DNA of 11,520 nt, taken from the NCBI GenBank assembly GCA_018238625.1, contig JABCSY010000119.1, forward strand, positions 1 through 11,520. Reading direction: 5' to 3'. The stretch's first letter is position 1, and each line of letters starts with the position of its first letter. The position numbers were made by a program, and so were the translations under genes. The notes beneath the pieces are model-generated. The model was not told the DNA's origin, did no database searches, and worked only from the letters and a program-made list of their open reading frames with translations. This document shows, one piece after another, positions 1 through 6,372 of this stretch. This stretch comes from Promethearchaeota archaeon (GTDB lineage Archaea > Asgardarchaeota > Lokiarchaeia > Sigyniarchaeales > SOKP01).

Positions 1-516
1 ACCAATAAGAAGGCCAAAAATGAATCCAAAGTTCCAAGAAAAATTAAAATTTCTAAAATTCTTATTTGACCTTTCAATAGTACTATTGGTTTGCCATTTG
101 CTTAATAAATTGAGGAAATTTGGCCAAACTAATCCCATGGTTAACCCTAAAAATACACGACACGTGATTAAATACCAAGGTTCGAAGTAAATCATCTGTG
201 CACCGGTTAAAATTGGAGTAACGAGCGATGATAATATGATAGCGTTGCGAACGCCTATTTTTGAAGTAAATACTTGCCCAATAATAGGTGCAAAGATATA
301 GGCAATTGCTCCTGCTGAGGTTATTATCCCTAAAGTGCTTTCATTAATGTCAACGACAAAATAGAGATAATTTGACAATGCTCTTTCAAAAATAGAAAAA
401 TAAATTAACCTTACAAACGCAAGCCAAAATATTGGCCAAGCTCGATAATCTTCTGACGATCGGTTCACTACTACTTTTTTATCCTGATAGAGTGGGGATT
501 TTTTCGCGGTTGGCAC
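1..516 (-). CDS. MFS transporter, N-terminal part (runs off the left edge)
   Basis: Not in the ORF track; translated by hand. The frame is open from GTG at 516 (in-frame TGA upstream at 525-523) to base 1: ...YRAWPIFWLAFVRLIYFSIFERALSNYLYFVVDINESTLGIITSAGAIAYIFAPIIGQVFTSKIGVRNAIILSSLVTPILTGAQMIYFEPWYLITCRVFLGLTMGLVWP...FNFSWNFGFIFGLLIG. It has successive TM helices, a motif-A-like loop (GQVFTSKIGVR) and the TM4 R-x3-G motif (CRVFLG). Start uncertain (alternative GTG at 468). Confidence 0.85.
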   Translation of the reverse strand, partial: MPTAKKSPLYQDKKVVVNRSSEDYRAWPIFWLAFVRLIYFSIFERALSNYLYFVVDINESTLGIITSAGAIAYIFAPIIGQVFTSKIGVRNAIILSSLVTPILTGAQMIYFEPWYLITCRVFLGLTMGLVWPNFLNLLSKWQTNSTIERSNKNFRNFNFSWNFGFIFGLLIG

Positions 517-762
517 AATTTTTCAATTTGTTTCTTATTTTTCATAAGAAATGGTGCTTTGCTCAAATATTTTTTTAAATTGTTAAATTAGATTCAAAAG
601 GTATTTTTTTAAGTCTTGTAGAATTGATTCCATTCGATTTTTCACGCCACTTCTTAAATATCGATGATGATTAAAAATTGGACTAAAAATCATTTTTTAA
701 TAGCTAATGTTGTTTTACTATTGTATAGTTTAAATTCGAATTATTATTAGCGTGAAAAGATT

Positions 763-1086
763 ATGACTGACACCAATTTTAATTATTGTCCCAATTGCGG
801 TAAGAAAATACAAAAGTCTAATAGTAAAAAGGTTAATTTTTGTTGTTATTGTGGGCGAGAATTAAAAAAACAGAAGATAAATTCACACGATAGAATACAA
901 TGCACAGTTTGTCACGAATTTATCTGGCATGGAAGAAGTCGAACTATTAAATGTTCTTTCTGCGGTAGTCAATACCATTATTCGTGCGTATCGTCTTGGA
1001 TAGCGAAGTATAACTCGTGTCCTATGTGCCAAAATGTATTCTTAAATCCAACTTTAGTTTTTTCGAAAAAACGCAGGTACAGGTAA
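763..1086 (+). CDS. Zinc-ribbon + RING-finger protein (putative E3 ubiquitin ligase-like)
   Basis: N-terminal CPNCG...FCCYCG zinc ribbon. C-terminal C47-x2-C50-x13-C64-x2-C67-x4-H72-x2-C75-x3-W79-x6-C86-P-x-C89. The H-x2-C-x3-W...CPxC tail is the RING E2-binding signature. Confidence 0.8.
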   Translation: MTDTNFNYCPNCGKKIQKSNSKKVNFCCYCGRELKKQKINSHDRIQCTVCHEFIWHGRSRTIKCSFCGSQYHYSCVSSWIAKYNSCPMCQNVFLNPTLVFSKKRRYR

Positions 1087-1094
1087 TAACACTT

Positions 1095-1146
1095 TATAAA
1101 ATATTATAAAATTCTATAAAAGAACTAAATTCCAATATTTTATAGA
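1095..1146. promoter_or_regulatory. Phased TATAAAA repeats and a 9-bp inverted repeat upstream of the ferredoxin gene (candidate TATA box/operator)
   Basis: TATAAAA at 1095, 1105 and 1115 (10-bp period). TCTATAAAA (1113-1121) is the reverse complement of TTTTATAGA (1138-1146), which lies about 22-30 nt before the ATG at 1168. Confidence 0.35.
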
Positions 1147-1167
1147 TAGTCAGAAGGTTGAAAATTT

Positions 1168-1944
1168 ATGAAAACTACAATCTATTATTTTTCTGGAACG
1201 GGTAATTCTTTGAAAATTGCGAGAGATATTGCCGAAAAGTTGGAAGAATGCGAATTAGTTCCAATTGCGAAGGTTTGGCAACAAGATCAGCTCGCATCGA
1301 CTAGTGAAAAAGTTGGTTTTATTTTTCCCTTGTATTATTTTGGTCTTCCTAAAATTGTCTACGATTTTACAAACAACATAGAGCTTGCTAAGTCCAACTA
1401 TTTTTTTGCCGTGGTTACGAGGGCTGGAAATGCGGATGGTGCGCCTTTGCAACAGTTAAACAATATTCTCGAAACTAAAACGAAAAAGCTTAACGCCGGA
1501 TTTTTTATCAGAATGCCCAGTAATTTTATAATAGGCTATAACACAGACTCAGAAACCGTACAAAATGAGTTTTTTGAGAACGCAATTAGTCAGGTTGAAA
1601 AAATTACCAATATTATTAAGGAAAACGGAGAAAGTTTTCAAAAAGAGACGAATATAAGCGAGAGAATGAATAAGAAGTTCCGGGATAAAGTTTACGCCAA
1701 CGACAAATCATTCTACGCTAACGAAAATTGTAATAACTGTGGTATGTGTGAAAGCGTATGTCCGGTTAATAATATCGTTCTTATAGAGAGTTTACCACAA
1801 TGGCAACATAAATGCCAGCAATGTTTGGCGTGCATAAATTATTGTCCCGAGGAAGCAATTCAATTTGGTACTAAATCCTTGGAAACAGGAAGATATCACC
1901 ACCCTGAAATTACAGTTCAAGATATAACGAACCAAAAAAAGTAA
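1168..1944 (+). CDS. EFR1-family ferredoxin (flavodoxin-like N-terminal domain + 2x[4Fe-4S] domain)
   Basis: YYFSGTGNSLKIA flavodoxin-type loop; GFIFPLY; RMPSNFI; two cluster motifs CNNCGMCESVCP and CQQCLACINYCP; C-terminal RYHHP. Confidence 0.9.
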   Translation: MKTTIYYFSGTGNSLKIARDIAEKLEECELVPIAKVWQQDQLASTSEKVGFIFPLYYFGLPKIVYDFTNNIELAKSNYFFAVVTRAGNADGAPLQQLNNILETKTKKLNAGFFIRMPSNFIIGYNTDSETVQNEFFENAISQVEKITNIIKENGESFQKETNISERMNKKFRDKVYANDKSFYANENCNNCGMCESVCPVNNIVLIESLPQWQHKCQQCLACINYCPEEAIQFGTKSLETGRYHHPEITVQDITNQKK

Positions 1945-1961
1945 TTCTCACGAATTATCGA

Positions 1962-2609
1962 TTAAAGATTTTGATAGTACAAACAATTTTCAGATAAGGG
2001 ACAAAGCTCGCATTTAGGATTATTTTTCGAGCAGATTTTGTTTCCAAAATCAAGAATCGCCCAATACATGTGTTTACAACCCGTCTTAGGCAATAAACGA
2101 TCTAAATTTGCGTGAATAACTTCATTTTTTACTTTTGAGTTTGAAGGTTCGAACGCTCTCGAAACAAACCTTTTAATATTTACATCAACAAAAAAGGTTC
2201 TTCTGTCTAATCCAAAACACAAAAAGGCGTTGCTTACATAATCGGCAATTCCGTTGATTTTTTTAAGTATTTCAGGATCGAGAGGGATTTCTCCGTTATA
2301 TTCCGTTAATACCATCGCACTTAAGTCTTTCAAAGTTTTAGCGCGTTTGTTGGATAGCCCTAAAATTTCAATATCTGATTGTAGCTGATTAATTTTAGCC
2401 TTGGAAATGTCGGCAAAGCCTTTATATTTTGCAAAAAAATCGTTATACATATTAGAAACGTTTATAGCGATAGTTTTCTGTAGTAAAATTTCTACTACCA
2501 ATACTTGATATAGGTTTTTTGATTTTCTCCAAGGGAAATCGCGTTTGTTTTCGCTGTACCAATCTAAAATTTTATTTCTAATTGAGATATAGTTATCTTC
2601 TTTATCCAT
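1962..2609 (-). CDS. mig: HhH-GPD DNA glycosylase, MIG-like (T:G/U:G mismatch glycosylase) with a [4Fe-4S] cluster
   Basis: RDFPWR; EILLQKT (catalytic Glu); GLSNKRA (Mig.MthI has GLSNQRA, as recalled); HhH GIADY with Tyr at the Nth lyase-Lys position; catalytic VDVN; FeS motif CSKNNPKCELCPLSENC. At 215 aa it lacks the MutY C-terminal domain. It sits next to a C5-MTase. Confidence 0.8.
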   Translation of the reverse strand: MDKEDNYISIRNKILDWYSENKRDFPWRKSKNLYQVLVVEILLQKTIAINVSNMYNDFFAKYKGFADISKAKINQLQSDIEILGLSNKRAKTLKDLSAMVLTEYNGEIPLDPEILKKINGIADYVSNAFLCFGLDRRTFFVDVNIKRFVSRAFEPSNSKVKNEVIHANLDRLLPKTGCKHMYWAILDFGNKICSKNNPKCELCPLSENCLYYQNL

Positions 2610-2711
2610 TTCTTATCTATTTTTAATCGTTATTGTTATTAATTAAGTATTAGTTAGATTTTATTCTTATTATTGATTTTTTCATTTAGTACTGATTCTT
2701 CTAATATTAAA

Positions 2712-3848
2712 ATGCCGGAAAAAAATAATATCATTATAGATCTGTTTTGTGGAGCTGGAGGTTTATCGCTAGGTTTTGAAATGGCAAATTTTAAAATTGA
2801 TTTAGCGATAGAATTAGAAGAAAATTATTATAGAGCGTATAAAGGAAATCATCCTGAAACTTTATCACTAAATAAAGATATAACCAATTTAAATTGCAAA
2901 GATATCTCTAATAAATACCTTAAAAACAAAGAAATAGAGGGGATAATTGGCGGACCTCCATGTATCGGATTTTCTACGGTTGGAAATAGAAGACCAGACG
3001 ACCCTCGTAATACGCTGATCTTTTATTTTATTCAATGGATTGAACACTTTAAACCGAAATTTTTCGTTATGGAAAACGTTCCTGGAATTCTCTCTATGGG
3101 GAATGGTAAAGTGGTAGAAAAAGTTTTCAATTTGTACAAAGAAATAGGTTATGCTTGTAAGATGGAAACATTATTAGCAGCCGATTACGGAGTCCCACAA
3201 TTGCGGCAGAGAGTATTTTTTATAGGAACCCAAAGTAATTCGGTGTCTTCGTTAAAAATCCAAAAAACTAACGAAAACAATAGTGAAGAGAAATCAGATT
3301 TAGGGAAAAATGCGTTACCTCCTTATTTGACCGTTCAAGACGCAATTTCCGATATTATTATTATAGAGCCTTTTATAAAAAAGCGCACGGATGATATGAT
3401 TAAAAAGTATTCTCACCAACCTAAAACGCAATATCAAAAATATCTAAGAAAAAATTCAACTGGATTATTCGATCATTTTGCCCCAAATCACAGCGAATTA
3501 GTAATGAAAAGGATTTCTCACATTGATCAAGGTAAGAACCATAGTTCTTTGCCGAAGGAATACCAACTTAAAGGAGGATATCCTAATATATACGGTAGGC
3601 TTCATTTAAATAAACCAGCTGATACTATTACGGGAAATTGTGGTTGTGTGAGCGCCCCAGGTAGATTTATCCATCCTACGCAAAACAGAGCGATTTCCGT
3701 TAGAGAAGCCGCGCGATTGCAGTCTTTCCCGGACAATTATAGGTTTTGTGGAAGTATGAGAGATAAGTACAAGCAAGTTGGAAACGCAGTACCACCATTA
3801 ATGGCTTACGCCGTTGCGAAATCAATCGATCAATTATTAAAAATTTAA
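2712..3848 (+). CDS. DNA (cytosine-5)-methyltransferase, orphan within this window
   Basis: Conserved C5-MTase motifs in order: I DLFCGAGG, IV GGPPCIGFS, VI ENVPG, VIII QLRQRVFF, variable TRD, IX RAISVREAARLQSFPD, X QVGNAVPP. ATG at 2712 is preferred over the track's TTG at 2673 because motif I normally sits near the N-terminus. Confidence 0.95.
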   Translation: MPEKNNIIIDLFCGAGGLSLGFEMANFKIDLAIELEENYYRAYKGNHPETLSLNKDITNLNCKDISNKYLKNKEIEGIIGGPPCIGFSTVGNRRPDDPRNTLIFYFIQWIEHFKPKFFVMENVPGILSMGNGKVVEKVFNLYKEIGYACKMETLLAADYGVPQLRQRVFFIGTQSNSVSSLKIQKTNENNSEEKSDLGKNALPPYLTVQDAISDIIIIEPFIKKRTDDMIKKYSHQPKTQYQKYLRKNSTGLFDHFAPNHSELVMKRISHIDQGKNHSSLPKEYQLKGGYPNIYGRLHLNKPADTITGNCGCVSAPGRFIHPTQNRAISVREAARLQSFPDNYRFCGSMRDKYKQVGNAVPPLMAYAVAKSIDQLLKI

Positions 3849-3885
3849 CTAAGCAGGTTAAAAATTGTTTTGGTTATTTTATTAG

Positions 3886-4425
3886 TTATTCTTTAGATGC
3901 TTTATACATCTCTAATGCTAATTTAGTAAAAACATCGTCAATTTTAGTCCCAAGTTTCGCGCTTGTTTCATAATATTCGTAAGCAGTCAATACTTGTTTG
4001 AGATTATTAGTATCGTCCAATTTAATAATCCTAGCTTCGTGATCTATCAAATCAAGCTTGTTCCCTACTAAAATATTTGGTTGTACGCCGATTTTACTCT
4101 CAACTTCTTCTTTCCATGTTAACAAATTATTAAACGTTTCTTTACGCGTTAAGTCGAATGTATACACAATTCCTTTCGCGCCTTTATAAAACGCGTATCT
4201 AACCCATCTAAAATAGGCTTGTCCAGCTAAATCCCATATCTGGAGGGTCAATAAGTGCTCTGTTTCGGGAAGTTTAATATATTTCACAAAAAAGTTAGAA
4301 CCGATCGTTCTTTGGGCGTTAGGGATAAATCTTCTCTTTAGATATTGATTTAACATAGTAGTTTTACCTACTTCAGAGTCCCCGACAATACACACTTTAA
4401 AAAATAACTTGTTGTAGCCAACCAT
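3886..4425 (-). CDS. Rab-like small GTPase (Ras superfamily; eukaryotic signature protein)
   Basis: G1 GDSEVGKT, G2 TIGSNF, G3 WDLAGQ, G4 NKLD, G5 ETSAK. Rab-like LQIWD and FYKGAKG segments. Ends ...MYKASKE with no hypervariable tail or Cys prenylation motif. Confidence 0.93.
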   Translation of the reverse strand: MVGYNKLFFKVCIVGDSEVGKTTMLNQYLKRRFIPNAQRTIGSNFFVKYIKLPETEHLLTLQIWDLAGQAYFRWVRYAFYKGAKGIVYTFDLTRKETFNNLLTWKEEVESKIGVQPNILVGNKLDLIDHEARIIKLDDTNNLKQVLTAYEYYETSAKLGTKIDDVFTKLALEMYKASKE

Positions 4426-4433
4426 TTTTGGTT

Positions 4434-4502
4434 TGCTTAAATATTACTTAAATATGCCTAATTTTAATTGTGATATAAAGTTTATAATTTTATATTTAAG
4501 CA
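4434..4502. promoter_or_regulatory. Symmetric divergent promoter region with repeated ATATTTAAG elements
   Basis: CTTAAATAT occurs directly repeated at 4436-4444 and 4447-4455. TGCTTAAATAT (4434-4444) is a perfect 11-bp inverted repeat of ATATTTAAGCA (4492-4502). The minus-strand copy at 4455-4447 lies 22-30 nt before the GTPase ATG, which is archaeal TATA-box spacing. Confidence 0.5.
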
Positions 4503-4576
4503 TAAATTTATTCTAAGAGTAAGTTATTCTTTTAAAAAAAATAAAGAAATAAATCAACAAACTTGGACTGTTTAAC

Positions 4577-5764
4577 ATGACTAAGGATTTAAAAGATTTA
4601 ATAGATATGGCTGAAGAAGACGAGAAAACTCGAGCCCAATTGGAAGAAAGCGTTGAAACTCTAAAGCGTGAGATCGTTAAGTTAAATAAAAAATTAGAAG
4701 AGAAAACATCTTTAACCAAAATTGATTCTGTAAAGCCAATTGAAGATTTTAATGAATCTGAAGAAATAAATATTTTAAAAGGTTTAATCGCTTCACAGAA
4801 GCAAGAGCTAGCAGATAAAATTCGTGATACAGAAGTTCTACAACAGAAAATGGAAGAAGCAAACCTCGAATTAGAAAACATTAGAGATACATTTACTGAT
4901 TCTGTTAAAGACCAAGTTTTAATAAAAACTCAAAATTCGCTTAATAACCTGATTGAAGATTACGGGAGACTAGAGGGTACTATTAAATCGTTAAACGAAA
5001 AAATCTCTGAATTAGAGAAAGAAAACAAACGACTGGCTGAAAGCTCAACTGACTTAAAATCTGAAAGCTCTAATGTGGAACAATTGGAAGCAAAAATATA
5101 CGGGCTAAAAAGACAACTAAAGGATTTTGAAAGAAGCAAAAAATTACTCGAAGAAAACATTAATACCTTAAAAAGCAAGCAAAGCTCTGTTGAGGAATTA
5201 GAGAACAGAAATATAGAATTAAAAGAAGAAAAACAACAATTAAAAGAAGATTTAAAAGCCGCAAAGACCGACCTATTTAAATTTTCCAAAAAAGAAGAGA
5301 AAGTATCCGAATTAAAGAATAAAATCGAAGAGCTAGAAAAAGCTAACAAAAATCTTAAAGAAAAAGATACGCTTTTGCTAGCTAAAACTATTACTGCGAT
5401 AAACGTGCCAAAAAGAGAGCACGCACCAGTTTTAAAAGATACGCCATTAAAAACAGAAAAAGTTTTAAAAGTTGATTCAGAAGTAAAGCAAGAAAAACCG
5501 CAAGAACAAACAAAAGATTTACCGCAAAAGTTAGAAATAAACTTAGAACCAACTTCAGAAACTAAAGAAATATTGAATGAGAACGAAATACCAATTGCTC
5601 CTTCTGAAGTTCCAGTTACTCGCAAAAAAAAGTGTCCAAAATGTGGAAATACTAATAAATCGCAAATTCGAGAAGTCGACGATAAAACCAGAATAATATA
5701 TACCTACCCAAAGATATACGCTAAAATGTATAAATGCGGTCAATGCGGAGCGGAATGGCGATAA
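4577..5764 (+). CDS. Long coiled-coil protein with P/E/K-rich linker and C-terminal C4 zinc ribbon
   Basis: Residues ~1-270 are E/K/L-rich heptads. Residues ~275-350 are Pro-containing low complexity. The C-terminus is C353-x2-C356-x30-C387-x2-C390-GAEWR. No P-loop and no TM segment. Confidence 0.85.
   Translation: MTKDLKDLIDMAEEDEKTRAQLEESVETLKREIVKLNKKLEEKTSLTKIDSVKPIEDFNESEEINILKGLIASQKQELADKIRDTEVLQQKMEEANLELENIRDTFTDSVKDQVLIKTQNSLNNLIEDYGRLEGTIKSLNEKISELEKENKRLAESSTDLKSESSNVEQLEAKIYGLKRQLKDFERSKKLLEENINTLKSKQSSVEELENRNIELKEEKQQLKEDLKAAKTDLFKFSKKEEKVSELKNKIEELEKANKNLKEKDTLLLAKTITAINVPKREHAPVLKDTPLKTEKVLKVDSEVKQEKPQEQTKDLPQKLEINLEPTSETKEILNENEIPIAPSEVPVTRKKKCPKCGNTNKSQIREVDDKTRIIYTYPKIYAKMYKCGQCGAEWR
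4940..5395 (+). repeat. Four tandem 38-aa (114-nt) coiled-coil quasi-repeats
   Basis: Units start at 4940 (LNNLIEDYGRLEGTIKSL), 5054 (LKSESSNVEQLEAKIYGL), 5168 (LKSKQSSVEELENRNIEL) and 5282 (FSKKEEKVSELKNKIEEL). Hydrophobic residues align at positions 1, 8, 11, 18 and 25 in all four units. Confidence 0.65.
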
Positions 5765-5765
5765 T

Positions 5766-5780
5766 AAAAATCGATTTTTT
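5766..5780. terminator. Candidate bidirectional T-tract terminator between convergent genes
   Basis: Perfect 14-bp palindrome AAAAATCGATTTTT (5766-5779) directly after the coiled-coil stop codon. It gives an oligo-T run on each strand. Confidence 0.35.
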
Positions 5781-5811
5781 AGAGTAAAATTAAAATTTAC
5801 ATCACTAATCA

Positions 5812-6291
5812 TTAGACGCTCGATATAAATTGTCGAGAAAAATTCTTGATTTCGTCTCGATGAAGCTCACTTTTAATTTCTTTTTTAGTTATTGCAAGCG
5901 TTGATACTGGTGTCTTCTCGCATAATTTTGCCATGCTTTCAAAAGTTTCAGGTCCACCTTTCCCGCCCATTGTACAAAAAAATGCTACGCTTTTAAATCG
6001 TTCTTTATTTTCAGTAATATACGTTCTTATTGCAGGGGTCATTCTCTTGTTCCAAATAGGAGTTCCTAGAATAACTGCTTCGTATAATTTAGGATCTTTC
6101 TGCATTTCTTTAATAACAGTCAATTTTTCCCTTGTAGCGGCAAAGCCTGATTTTACAAAGCCAATAAAACGTCCTTTTCGCTTTTTAGTATCAATAATTT
6201 CTTCGTATTCACAGTTCATTTCTGTCGAAATCGATTCAGCAATTTTTTTAGTTGTACCCGTTCTTGAATAAAACACCAACAAACATTTCAT
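5812..6291 (-). CDS. Flavodoxin-family protein
   Basis: FMN-phosphate loop VFYSRTGTTKKIA; VILGTPIWN; VAFFCTMGG. Confidence 0.9.
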   Translation of the reverse strand: MKCLLVFYSRTGTTKKIAESISTEMNCEYEEIIDTKKRKGRFIGFVKSGFAATREKLTVIKEMQKDPKLYEAVILGTPIWNKRMTPAIRTYITENKERFKSVAFFCTMGGKGGPETFESMAKLCEKTPVSTLAITKKEIKSELHRDEIKNFSRQFISSV

Positions 6292-6372
6292 AATGATTTA
6301 ATTCTCTAAAAACTTAAAAAATTATTTGTAATAATTAATAGAATCAGTCTTTTCTTAACCTTAGTTCTCTTT

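Noticed and set aside
471-545. ATG-initiated 24-aa minus-strand ORF (MKNKKQIEKLCQPRK...) overlapping the MFS start in another frame; possible frameshifted N-terminus
   Set aside because: An in-frame GTG at 516 gives an adequate start. Homopolymer runs are common here, so there is no positive evidence for a frameshift.
1255-1452. 65-aa minus-strand ORF
   Set aside because: Antisense shadow inside the well-supported ferredoxin gene; no motifs.
1962-2609. Annotation as MutY or endonuclease III
   Set aside because: It lacks the MutY C-terminal domain and QQT motif, and has Tyr rather than the Nth lyase Lys. GLSNxRA and the MTase context favour MIG.
2673-2711. TTG-initiated N-terminal extension of the MTase
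   Set aside because: It lies in the AT-rich divergent promoter. ATG 2712 places motif I at its usual position.
1945-3885. MIG-MTase cassette as a mobile element or complete R-M system
   Set aside because: No transposase, integrase, endonuclease, terminal inverted repeats or convincing target-site duplication seen.
4577-5764. Annotation as SMC/Rad50 or transcription factor S
   Set aside because: No Walker A/B motifs or hinge, and the zinc ribbon lacks the QTRSADE catalytic hairpin.
4513-5812. Minus-strand ORFs 4513-4881, 4960-5625 and 5555-5812
   Set aside because: These F/S-rich products are the expected antisense reading of an E/K-rich coiled-coil gene.
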